A stretch of DNA of 63,517 nucleotides, filler included, from Octopus bimaculoides (lineage: Eukaryota), in NCBI RefSeq assembly GCF_001194135.2. It is 6 parts of 6 records of this genome, joined end to end, with 100 filler letters (N's around TTAATTAATTAA, not from the genome) between each part and the next. Parts side by side here need not be neighbours in the genome. Positions count along the whole stretch, not along the records: positions 40,523 to 53,921 come from NC_069001.1; positions 54,022 to 59,583 come from NW_026357037.1; positions 59,684 to 63,517 come from NC_069010.1; 3 more parts are not named here. The stretch is one strand, 5' to 3'. Positions 50,451-61,876 of the stretch are shown here, piece after piece. The notes beneath the pieces are model-generated. The model did no database searches, had not been told where the DNA came from, and worked only from the letters and a program-made list of their open reading frames with translations. Within the stretch, counting starts at the first letter, position 1. Every line of letters begins with the position of its first letter. The translations under genes and the position numbers were made by a program.

Positions 50451-51496
50451 TAAAACGTGAAGACAGACGAAATAGGGTTATTATCAACGCATCAGAAATA
50501 AACATTGTATTCTTTATGATTTCGAAAATTAGCTTCCGCTTTATAAGCATAAGGCGTGTTAAATCCCTCCTCTCGTTAACTACTGACTCTATTACATTGT
50601 TCTTATATATCTGATTGTGGGTAAGAGGCCGCAATATTAAGGGATATTTTTTTAGAGATAAAGAATTCTAAATTTTCGTTACCATGTTATAGGCGATACA
50701 ATACTTTATTTTTTTCTTCGCCATGAACGATTATTTTTCTGCAAACATTTTAGTTACGTTGATAATAAGCAATAATGAATTACTTTACAACTCAAGTTCT
50801 GCAAACTACTTCCAAAACAAACAAAAAAGATTTTAAATGAATATAAGATAATAATCTGCAACGCCAAATTGTCTCTTACTAGTGGATAATGTGATTGCTT
50901 GTATTATTTTATAAGATTATACATCCCCACTTCAATTACAAGTAACGTTTAGATCAATCGCTTTTTTTTTTTATATACGAGTAAAATTATCTAGATAAAT
51001 AATAAAAAGTTGTTTTACAAACATGTAACAAAAATGTATGAGCATAATATTAAGTCGTCTCGTTTATAATCTAAATAGAAAAGGCGTTTAATTAACCCAA
51101 TAAATGTTTTGAAATAATCCAATAGTAGACTATATATATAGTATTTTAATGAACATATTTCGAATGTTATAACATATACCAAGTACAAACATATATATGA
51201 GAAGGAGAATTTAGTGAGAATTACGATGACATAAAACTACAGCGACTTTTTGAAATGTTATTTCTCTCATACAGACTAATCTACTGAACACTACCATGCG
51301 GAGAAAAAGTTCTCTGGCTGTTTCTTCCTTGTCAATGCTTGCTGAATAGATATGTGATATTGCGAGGGGTGGTATTATAGATATATGGGGGTGGTATTAT
51401 AGATATATAGGGGTGCCTTTCAATTTGCATAATGTAACGAACTAAAATGAAATTTTGAGATTTATATTAATGATGTGCTAACACATAGAGGTATCT

Positions 51497-51536
<40 letters not shown>

Positions 51537-51830
51537 NNNNNNNNNNNNNNNNNNNNNNNNNNNNNNNNNNNNNNNNNNNNNNNNNNNNNNNNNNNNNNNN
51601 NNNNNNNNNNNNNNNNNNNNNNNNNNNNNNNNNNNNNNNNNNNNNNNNNNNNNNNNNNNNNNNNNNNNNNNNNNNNNNNNNNNNNNNNNNNNNNNNNNNN
51701 NNNNNNNNNNNNNNNNNNNNNNNNNNNNNNNNNNNNNNNNNNNNNNNNNNNNNNNNNNNNNNNNNNNNNNNNNNNNNNNNNNNNNNNNNNNNNNNNNNNN
51801 NNNNNNNNNNNNNNNNNNNNNNNNNNNNNN

Positions 51831-51905
<75 letters not shown>

Positions 51906-52813
51906 GTGCGTGTGTGTGTGTATGTGTGTGTGTGTGTGTGTGTACATACATATGTATATATAGGCGTGTGTGTGTGCATATATCTATATATAAATATAGA
52001 AGTCCAAACGTGTATATTTTTAAATACGTATATACATATATATTTACATACATATGTGTATTTGCATGTGTGTGCGTGTTTGAGTATCTGTGTACAGTAG
52101 TAAAAGTATATTTGGAAAGTTAGTCGTCATATTCAACAAGAACAAAATATTTGTACCTGTTATTTTTGGTGAACGTTACAAGTGAATGAATACTGCCTCA
52201 CCATAAGCAAAGATGACCCGTTCTCGTGTACAGACTGCTTGTGTCTGAGAATGACGCCAAATTAAATAATTAGATAAAATAATATAATTTATATGAACAT
52301 ATATGAATCACTGCAATATTAAAGTATAAGTGCTTTTTTTTTTCCTTTCATATGAATGGCAGCATTACAATGAAACAATATACTTATAATGTGGTTTACA
52401 GAAAGGCAAACATACGAGAATAGGTAGATAACCATTATAAACGTGGCAATCACTTCTAAAATACAATAATGACTTAGATTTACACAAGGTATAATTATTG
52501 AAACAGTCGCAGATATTACATAAACTTGAGCTAACATTGTATTCATGTTATATATTGGTCTCTAGATATGTCTGTAATTTAACATTACCACCTTAGAACC
52601 ACGTGAGAAATAAAAGATGATGTGGCTGCGATGTATTAATAATCGATAGAAGGACGTTGTTTTTATGTCATAACCACAAGAAAAAAAGAGTAGCTATTGT
52701 ATACTACCGGATAATTATAAGTGATCTGAACGAAACGAAAATACAGTAAAATGTTATAAAATGATCAAATTGACTGACCAATAGTTGGCGAGGAGCATTC
52801 GCCACTGAAATGA

Positions 52814-52941
52814 CTAACAACAAAGAAATAATTGCAAAACAATCCGAAAGGGTGGCTGGTGTGCTGGAATTATCAGACGAATTATAGCACATATTTCAGT
52901 GGTTTCTTCTGAGAAATTAAAACATTGAATAATGACGAGAT
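52814..52941 (-). CDS. Candidate terminal exon of the minus-strand secreted-protein gene
   Basis: Acceptor TATCGTCTTTCCTTGCAG; phase-1 frame open: DLVIIQCFNFSEETTEICAIIRLIIPAHQPPFRIVLQLFLCC*. Confidence 0.3.
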
Positions 52942-52959
52942 CTGCAAGGAAAGACGATA

Positions 52960-53229
52960 ATAAAAATAATAATAATAATAAATGCGCCCTTTTAAAGCCT
53001 AGCCAGGTTCATGGGCCCGGTTTCCCGATTTCTATGGCGTATGTGTTCCCCAGCTGGACGGGACTCCAGTCCATTGCAGCGTTCCTCAATTTTGTCAGCT
53101 GAGTGAACTGGAGCAACGTGAAATGAAGTGTTTTGCTCAAGAACACAACGCGTCGTCCGGCCCAGGAATCGAAACCACAATCTTACGATCATGATGCTGA
53201 CACCCTAACCGCTAAGCCACGCGCCCCCA
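52960..53229 (-). mobile_element. SINE family D, full length, 18-bp TSD
   Basis: GGCGCGTGGCTTAGCGGTTAGGG head, (TTA)n tail; CTGCAAGGAAAGACGATA at 52942-59 and 53230-47. Confidence 0.92.
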
Positions 53230-53429
53230 CTGCAAGGAAAGACGATAGCTACAAAAAATACAAACTTCAAGATTCTACAATATCAATGTAAGTTGAAAAT
53301 TAGGAGCTAATGAGTGAAAAATATGAATATAAGGTATGTATTTTTAAAAATTAAGTACAGTAGTACAAATAAATAAAACAATATTCTTTAAAAGGGAGCC
53401 GAGGTCAAATTGGATTGAAAAGAAAATAC

Positions 53430-53477
53430 CTTGGGAATGTAATTCGTGTAGTTTGAACATTCCAAACATAATTAAAT
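53430..53477 (-). CDS. Candidate 48-nt symmetric exon of the same gene
   Basis: TTCTGTTGTTTTATTAG acceptor, AAG|GTATTT donor; phase-1 frame DLIMFGMFKLHELHSQ is open. Confidence 0.4.
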
Positions 53478-53771
53478 CTAATAAAACAACAGAACGCACG
53501 TTTTGTTTCAGTAAATCTAACGGATATTGAAGTGTGAATAATTAAGGAATCTAAGCAAATATACGAAATAGAAACAAAATGCGTAACCATTCAATGAGAT
53601 TTGATCTGGTCAGAATATATATAAAAAACTGATACACGTTTCTAAATAATACGGTCTAAAATCTCGTAAGTAAACACATAGAAATATTTTCAGTATACAT
53701 ATAGAAGAAAACGGCAATGGTAACAGAGATATTTAAATATAATGATATAATATATTTAGATGTCAGCCTAG

Positions 53772-53820
<49 letters not shown>

Positions 53821-54188
53821 TATATATAAATAATTGCAAATGGATAAGAGCATCAATTTAATAGTCATTATTAAGGAATCACATTAAATAATCATTTATA
53901 TACACATAGATATATGGATATNNNNNNNNNNNNNNNNNNNNNNNNNNNNNNNNNNNNNNNNNNNNTTAATTAATTAANNNNNNNNNNNNNNNNNNNNNNN
54001 NNNNNNNNNNNNNNNNNNNNNTTTAATTTAAACCTTTAGTATAGCATTTACAGTCCCCACCTCCCATTATAACTCTATGTAAACCAGCGTTCTTATTTCT
54101 AACGGTCACTTACTTGGCCATGTAATATTATAATATTATAACTCGTAAGCTACCTCATCATTTCGCATTTGTCTTGCTTCTATATGTT

Positions 54189-54279
54189 GGTTCCCTGACG
54201 ATGAATATGTGTGCAATTCCAGCAGCTCTTATTTCTTTGGAGTAGAGTACACATATATTTTGAAACATGTGTAGGAATT
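54189..54279 (+). ncRNA. Type I hammerhead ribozyme candidate
   Basis: Stem I GGTTCC/GGAATT; core CTGACGA 54195-201 plus an extra T; stem II GAATAT-GTGTGC/GTACAC-(AT)-ATATTT; GAAA 54262-65; palindromic ACATGT; GTA triplet 54271-73. Confidence 0.6.
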
Positions 54280-54575
54280 AAAGGAACTTTTATTTATATG
54301 CGTTTTGCTCCATTTATTGTTATTATTCATATCTACTCAAAATGCATCACTTTAACTTGATATCTCTACCTATAACACGTGTGTGATATCCTGGGTTTTT
54401 TTTGTGTGATTTTTGCTACCCATGGTAACTATTAACATATTTACATTGTCAAGGATTTTTAAAATGAGATAATATTAATATATACATAAACTAATATATA
54501 TGTATATAAGAGAGAGAAAGAGAGTCACAGATAGAGACAAACATTAGAATGCAGGTGAAATAAATGGTAACTTAC

Positions 54576-54611
54576 CAAGGTAAGGTTCTGCTTTGCTACT
54601 TCCTGGCTCAG
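54576..54611 (-). CDS. Coding exon 3 (36 nt, phase 1-1) of an unknown secreted protein
   Basis: CTATTATTTTGTTCTTTCAG acceptor, TTG|GTAAGT donor; AEPGSSKAEPYL. Confidence 0.8.
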
Positions 54612-54769
54612 CTGAAAGAACAAAATAATAGTATTTATATAGATATATATAAATAATAGTTATACATGTATACATATACGTGTGTATATTTGTATATGTA
54701 TATTTATGTATATATACTTTTATATACATGTGTATATATGTGTGTGTGTGNNNNNNNNNNCCCTGGACT

Positions 54770-55048
54770 GGCTCTTGTGTGGGTGGCACGTAAAATACAC
54801 CATTTTGAGCTTGACCATTGCCAGTACCTCCTGACTGGTTTTCGTGCTGGTGGCACGTAAAAGCACCCACAACACTCTCTGAGTGGTTGGCGTTAGGAAG
54901 GGCATCCAGCTGTAGAAACTCTGCCAGATCAGATTGGAGCCTGGTGCAGCCATCTGGTTTTCACCAGTCCTCAGTCAAATCGTCCAACCCATGCTAGCAT
55001 AGAAAGCGGACGTTAAACGACAATGATGATGATGATGATGATGATGAT
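54770..55048 (+). mobile_element. SINE-like family F 3' part, (GAT)n tail
   Basis: GGTTGGCGTTAGGAAGGGCATCCAGCTGTAGAAAC...GCTAGCATAGAAAGCGGACGTTAAACG; copies at 55620-56170, 57700-57805 and on the minus strand at 58755-58935. Confidence 0.8.
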
Positions 55049-55173
55049 ATATATATGTATATATATATTTATATGATGTTGTGCAATATATAAATGAAAA
55101 CTTAGCGAGTTTGGTCATGGAAATATTTAGAAAGTACAGAAAAAAATAAAATGGAAAGGAAAAAGAAACTTAC

Positions 55174-55218
55174 CTGCAGGTGAATCCGTAGCCGGACGAC
55201 CACAACTTAATCCAATGA
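55174..55218 (-). CDS. Coding exon 2 (45 nt, phase 1-1) of the unknown secreted protein
   Basis: TTTTTTGCATTTCTCTCCCAG acceptor, CAG|GTAAGT donor; (L)IGLSCGRPATDSPA. Confidence 0.85.
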
Positions 55219-55460
55219 CTGGGAGAGAAATGCAAAAAATTATATATCATATCAATATCTTTATATACATGTGTGTATACATATATAGTAAAATAGCCTT
55301 ACGCGCATTAAAGTGAAAAATATATATATCTATGAGTATATAAACATATCTATACACATTTACATTTACAAAAATCATGTGTGTATGTATATATATATAC
55401 ATTATTATTATTATTATAATAAAGTATTTGCAATGGATCAGTTTTGAGCTCTATTTAAAG

Positions 55461-55502
<42 letters not shown>

Positions 55503-55619
55503 AAAACTCAATTGTGAGTATTTTGCTAAGTTTGTTAACAAATACTATATTCTTTTGCCTAATTTTTGGTATACAAAAATATATATAAACACACACACAC
55601 GCGTGAGAAGACCCGGCAA

Positions 55620-56170
55620 GCCAAGTAAGATCGTTGCCAGTGCCCCTGGACTGGTTCTTGTGCGGGTGGCACATGAGATGCACCATTTTGAGTGTGGCCG
55701 TTGCCAGTACAGCCTGACTGGCTCCCGTAGGATTTTCGAGCGAGATCGTTGCCAGTGCCCCTGGACTGGCTTGTGCGGGTGGCACATAGAAGNNNNNNNN
55801 NNNNNNNNNNNNNNNNNNNNNNNNNNNNNNNNNNNNNNNNNNNNNNNNNNNNNNNNNNNNNNNNNNNNNNNNNNNNNNNNNNNNNNNNNNNNNNNNNNNN
55901 NNNNNNNNNNNNNNNNNNNNNNNNNNNNNNNNNNNNNNNNNNNNNNNNNNNNNNNNNNNNNNNNNNNNNNNNNNNNNNNNNNNNNNACACATAAAAGCAC
56001 CCACTACACTCTCTGAGTGGTTGGCGTTAGGAAGGGCATCCAGCTGTAGAAACTCTGCCAAATTAGACTGGAGCCTGGTGTTGCCATCCGGTTTCACCAG
56101 TCCTCAGTCAAATCGTCCAACCCATGCTAGCATGGAGAGCGGACGTTAAACGATGATGATGATGATGATA
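55620..56170 (+). mobile_element. SINE-like family F with internal tandem units
   Basis: Repeated GTTGCCAGTGCCCCTGGACTGG..GTGCGGGTGGCAC units, gap, then the family F tail. Confidence 0.8.
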
Positions 56171-56204
56171 TATATATTGCCTGTGGATAATACAGGTAGT
56201 ACAG

Positions 56205-56385
56205 GTGTTTGTCTCCCACCATTGCTTGACAACCGATGCTGGTGTGTTTACGCCCCCGTAAGCTAGCCGTTCGGCAAAAGAGACCGATAGAATAAGTACT
56301 AGGCTTACAAAGAATAAGTCCTGGGGGTCGATTTGCTTGACTATAAAGGCGGTGCTGAAACATGTAAAGAGAGAGTAAAAGAGAG
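56205..56385 (+). mobile_element. SINE family A tail
   Basis: Matches the family A tail. Confidence 0.8.
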
Positions 56386-56413
56386 AATATATAATGGTAT
56401 AAAGATGACTTAC

Positions 56414-56453
56414 GAGCACTCAAAGCTATGGCAACGATAAATCGCAATGCCAT
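56414..56453 (-). CDS. First coding exon (signal peptide) of the unknown secreted protein
   Basis: Exon 56414-56462: CTCTTCTTTCTCTATTTCCAG acceptor, AAAATG start, CTC|GTAAGT phase-1 donor; MALRFIVAIALSA+C joins exon 2 in frame. Confidence 0.87.
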
Positions 56454-56499
56454 TTTTCGAACCTGGAAATAGAGAAAGAAGAGAACTTATATAAGATAT

Positions 56500-56935
56500 C
56501 AGCATACAAATGCATAAGTATATATGTTATACACACACACACACACACACACACGTGCATACATACATATACACTCACATTCATATATACACACATACAT
56601 ACACACGTGCACAATCACACAAAAACACACTCATATATACATACATACACACACATACACACACACATATACACACATACGTACACACACACACATGCAC
56701 ACTCACACATACATACACACACACGCATATATACACACGTACTCACATATGCACACATACATACACACACACATACACACTCACACATACACACACATGC
56801 ACGCTCACATATACACGTATATACACTCACCCACACACACACACAAAGACACTCACATACACACACATGCATACACACACACACATATACACATACATAC
56901 ACCTCTCACATATACACATATACACACACACATTA
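56500..56935. repeat. Compound (CA)/(TA)/(CATA) microsatellite
   Basis: Direct reading; source of the His/Thr-rich pseudo-ORFs. Confidence 0.95.
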
Positions 56936-56936
56936 A

Positions 56937-57160
56937 GGCAGTGAGCTGGCAGAAACGTTAGCACGCCGGGCGAAATGCTTAGCGGTATTTCGTCTGCCGC
57001 TACGTTCTGAGTTCAAATTCCGCCGAGGTCGATTTTGCCTTTCATCCTTTAGGGGTCGATTAAAAAAGTACCAGTTACGCACTGGGGTCGATATAATCGA
57101 CTTAATCCGTTTGTCTGTCCTTGTTTGTCCCCCTCTGTGTGTAGCCCCTTGTGGGCAGTA
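56937..57160 (+). mobile_element. SINE family B (OK-type), well preserved
   Basis: GGCAGTGAGCTGGCAGAAACGTTAGC...GAGTTCAAATTCC (B box). Confidence 0.88.
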
Positions 57161-58062
57161 AAAAAAAATAACACACNNNNNNNNNNNNNNNNNNNNNNNN
57201 NNNNNNNNNNNNNNNNNNNNNNNNNNNNNNNNNNNNNNNNNNNNNNNNNNNNNNNNNNNNNNNNNNNNNNNNNNNNNNNNNNNNNNNNNNNNNNNNNNNN
57301 NNNNNNNNNNNNNNNNNNNNNNNNNNNNNNNNNNNNNNNNNNNNNNNNNNNNNNNNNNNNNNNNNNNNNNNNNNNNNNNNNNNNNNNNNNNNNNNNNNNN
57401 NNNNNNNNNNNNNNNNNNNNNNNNNNNNNNNNNNNNNNNNNNNNNNNNNNNNNNNNNNNNNNNNNNNNNNNNNNNNNNNNNNNNNNNNNNNNNNNNNNNN
57501 NNNNNNNNNNNNNNNNNNNNNNNNNNNNNNNNNNNNNNNNNNNNNNNNNNNNNNNNNNNNNNNNNNNNNNNNNNNNNNNNNNNGGATGTTGAGTCTGCCA
57601 GAAGCGATGACAAGTAACCGAAAGAATTCTGGTGATTTTCTCTGCTCGAGAAGACAAGTGAAGCTCTGTGAAATTGTTGACGTCATCATCAGTGCCAGCG
57701 ACACACACGAAAGGCACCCCAGGCTGGTGGCACATAAAAGGCACCGGGTACACTCTGTAGAGTGGTTGGCAATAGGAAGGTCATCCAGCTGTAGAAACCC
57801 AGCCAAAACACACACACACACACACACACTTATGTGTGTGTGTGTGTGTGCATGCATGTGTGTGTGCATGCATGTGTGTGTGCATGCATGTGTGTGTGCA
57901 TGCATGCATGTGTGTGTGTGTGTATGTGTACGCATATATATTTGTGTGTGTGCATGTGTGTGTATGTATGTATGTGTATATATATATATGTATAGAGAAA
58001 GCGAGATATCTATCTACNNNNNNNNNNAGAGAGAGAGAGCGAGATGTTTATCTATCTATCTA

Positions 58063-58101
<39 letters not shown>

Positions 58102-58625
58102 GTGTGTGCAAATAGATATAGATATGAACACATTCAAACAGACACACAAACACAGATGCTCTCTCTCTCTCTCTCTCTCTCTCCCTTCTCTTTCTCCTCT
58201 CTCTTTCCCCCTTTCCTCTCTCCCCACTCTCTCTGTTTTTCTCTCCCCCTCTCCCTCTCTGTCTTTCTCCCTCCCTCCCTCTCTCTCTCTCCTTCATACA
58301 CACAGGTAATTCTTTGGCGTCACCACATTTGTGAATTCATTAAATATACTAATTAAATGTAATCATTTCATAAAGTAATTGTAAAGACCCATCTTTCCCT
58401 TTTATCCAACCTCAACGTGAATAATAAAACAACTGCTTCGTTAACCAAACATAAGGCATCTTTATAGATGTCACGTCCATCTAGTTAATTTAATTAATTA
58501 ATTCAATTAATTGATGATTATAGCCACTAATAAGATCCTTGTGTATACCACAAAGTAAACTTTAAAATGGAGAAGTCAAAACTTTACTGGTTTGTATGCA
58601 ATCTATTCTAAGCAATAGTATAAGA

Positions 58626-59170
58626 CATGTGGCTGTGTGGTAAGAAGTTTGCTTCCCAGCTACTTGGTTCTGGGTTCAGTCCCACCTTGGGCAAAAATAT
58701 CTTCTGCAGTAAGTAGCCCTGGATTGAACAAAGCTTTGTGAGGTGGATTCAGTAGACATTTAACGTCCACTTTCCATGCTAGCATGGGTTGGACGATTTG
58801 ACTGGAAACTGACGAACCAGGATGGCTACACCAGGTTCCAATCTGATTTGGCAGGGTTTCTACAGCTGGATGCCTTTACTAACGCCAACCACTCCAAGAG
58901 TGTAGTGGGTGCTTTTTACGTGCCACCGACACGAGGGTGTGTGTGTGCATGTGTGTGTGTGTTTGTGTCTTTGTGCCGTTGTCTCCACCACTACTTAACA
59001 ACTAGGGCTGGGTTTTTTTTTTTATGTCACCATAACTTAGCTGTTCAGCAAAAGCACTCGATACAATAGGTACCAGACTTATAGATTATAAGTACTGGTG
59101 TTGATTTGTTCAACTGAAAGTCCTCCAAGACAGTGCCCCAACATGGTAACAGTCCAATGACCAAAATAAG
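58626..59170 (+). mobile_element. Old SINE family A interrupted by a minus-strand family F tail
   Basis: Head 58626-58755, family F reverse complement ~58755-58935, A tail to ~59170. Confidence 0.7.
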
Positions 59171-59370
59171 TACAGAACAAAAAAATATAACGTGCAGTTT
59201 AATTTCAGCAGTGCATGCTCAAGAAAAATTGTCTCCAGTGCATTAAAGGGGCTTCACTATTCTGTCTATCATGGCCCATAAAAGTGCCAGTTTAGCGCCA
59301 CACAGAAGCACCCACAAGTGGTGCCATGTAAAAGCACCTAACACACTCTGTAAGGTGGTTCCAAGACAAA

Positions 59371-59583
59371 AGATGTTCTTCCATCAGGATAATGCTTGGC
59401 CACATACAGTGAGGATGACATTCCAAAGGCTGGAGCAGTTTGAAAGGGAAATGATGCCCCACCCACTAAATTCGACGGACCTAGCCCCCATCTGATTATC
59501 ATTTATTCCGCAGTCTTCAGAATCATTATGGACAGAAAAAATATGAATTCTGTAGATGAGGTGTGAACAGTCCTGGAGGAATA
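59371..59583 (+). mobile_element. mariner (DD34D) transposase remnant
   Basis: FFHQDNAWPHT...PHPLNSTDLAP(+1)SDYHLFRSLQNH; 34 residues between the second and third Asp after correcting one frameshift. Confidence 0.85.
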
Positions 59584-59744
59584 NNNNNNNNNNNNNNNNN
59601 NNNNNNNNNNNNNNNNNNNNNNNNNNNTTAATTAATTAANNNNNNNNNNNNNNNNNNNNNNNNNNNNNNNNNNNNNNNNNNNNGAAAAGAGGCTAAGTTG
59701 ACCTTGGCAGTTGAGCCTGGGATTAACAAAATACATACCTATTT

Positions 59745-59975
59745 CGTTATTGCCCACAAGGGGCTAAACATAGAGGGAACAAACAAGAACAGACGAACGG
59801 ATTAAGTCGATTACATCGACCCCCAGTGCGTAACTGGTACTTAATTTATCAACCCCGAAAGGATGAAAGGCAAAGTCGACCTCGGCGGAATTTGAACTGA
59901 GAATGTAATGGCGGACGAAATACCGCTAAGCATTTCACCCGGCGTGCTAACGTTTCTGCCAGCTCACCACCTTTA
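59745..59975 (-). mobile_element. SINE family B
   Basis: Reverse complement of 56937-57160. Confidence 0.88.
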
Positions 59976-60234
59976 ACAAAATACATACCAGTTGAGCAAT
60001 GGGGCTGATACAATCAATTGACTACCCCAGCCCCCACCCCCGCAAATTCTCAAACCTTGTGTTTTTAGTAGAAAAAATTATTATTATTATTAAGAAGCCT
60101 CACCAAAAACAAAAACAAAAAAACAGTGCACTAGACTAGTTTTGGGGCAGTCATACAACACACATATATACACACACACATGTATACACGTGTGTATGCA
60201 TACATACATGTATATATACATGTCTGTATGAGTA

Positions 60235-60625
60235 TATTCTTTTACTCTTTTACTTGTTCCAGTCTGTGACTGTGTCCATGCTGGAGCACCGCGACCCCAG
60301 GACTTATTCTTTGTAAGCCCAGTACTTATTCTATCGGTCTCTTTTTGCCGAAACGCTAAGTTACAGGGACGTAAACACACCAGCATCGATTGTCAAGCGA
60401 TGTTGGAGGGACAAACACAGACACACAAATATATAAACATACATATACATATATATATACATATATACGACAGGCTTCTTTCAGTTTCCGTCTACCAAAT
60501 CCACTCACAAGGCTTTGGTCGGCCCGAGGCTATAGTAGAAGTCTCTTGCCCAAGGTGCCACGCAGTGGCAATGAACCCGGAACCATGTGGTTGGTAAGCG
60601 AGCTACTTACCACACAGCCACTCCT
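60235..60625 (-). mobile_element. SINE family A, full length
   Basis: Well-preserved head and tail. Confidence 0.88.
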
Positions 60626-61625
60626 GCTGTATGTATACATGTATGTATGTATGTATGTATGTATGTATGTATTTATACACACACACACACACACATTCGT
60701 GATAGGTTTGATGGCAGTCACGGTCTCGTGCCAAGCCCTACACAGATTAGTAACTGTGAATAGATCACAGCACAAAAGAGCTCAAATAAGCCAATGTAGG
60801 AAGCAACGACTACAAGCAGAGATTGTCTCTCTCAATGACTCAGACACAATGACAAGACAAAGTTAATTCCGTTAATTGGCCAAATCTGAAAAGAAAAACC
60901 AAGAACCGCTTTGTTTTTGTCCTTCACGCTTTATTCATTCTTTTCTCTTTTTCTCTCTCTTTCGTTCTTTTTTTTTTTAACTTTTGTCAAAAAAAAAAAA
61001 GAAAGAAAAAGAAAAAAAAACCCCCAGCTCTTTGTGTTTTCTTTCAATTTACTTTTTTCCCCCCCTTTATTGGTTTTTGTTTCTGAGTTTATTTCTGAAG
61101 AAAAGTGTGGTGAAAAGTGTTGGAGAGTTGGGGGTGGAGTAAGGAGAGAGGGGGATGATGTGGAGACAGGTTTGCAGGAGGAAGTGGTGGTGGTGGGTAT
61201 GAAAGACAAGACAGACATCCTCCACCGTGTGTATTTATACCTATGTGTCGTCTATATATAGATCAGGCATGGGCGACCGACCTTCTTCAAGAAGCAGGGC
61301 ACATGAGACATGCTTCATCAATTTGTCGGCTGAATTACTAAGAAAAATTCAAAGGAAATTCTAGTTAGGTGAGCCATTCAGAAAGTCCCATGGCATGCAG
61401 TTTGCTCATAACCGATATGTGTGTTTGTAGGTATGTAGGTTTGTAGGTATGTGTGTGTGCGTATATAGTTTAGTAGCGATCGAGAAGGTGAATCTTCGTG
61501 ACCCTTTTTGTGTGCACAGTTTGTGACAGACCATGCTTCTTCTTTTGCTGGGCTCAAATCTCATTCGTGGACCCATGAAAAAACGAACCTCCACCAACTA
61601 TTATTCTGCCTATATATATATATAT

Positions 61626-61876
61626 CTGAGCTCACCTTTCAATGCGGTGTATGCCGGTAAGGTCTGCAAATCCAACAGAGGGCCTCAAAAGACATTTTAA
61701 GATCCACAAAGATCAAAACTTAACTTACAGATTCTGGTGATCCATATCAGATATACAACCTATGTGGGTGTCTTTTCAGAACATTGTCCGATTTAAGAAG
61801 CCACATCAGATGCCATGATGGATCTAAGGTGTAGGTACAAGAGGTGGTCTGACTGTATAAAGCGTAGACAACCACC
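61626..61876 (+). mobile_element. Second, decayed copy of the C2H2-encoding LINE 3' end
   Basis: Aligns with 16170-16427 including the GTAGACAACCACC end; frameshifted. Confidence 0.75.

Noticed and set aside
52319-52546. Hydrophobic 75-aa minus-strand ORF
   Set aside because: No family motif or convincing splice sites; AT-rich DNA yields such ORFs by chance.
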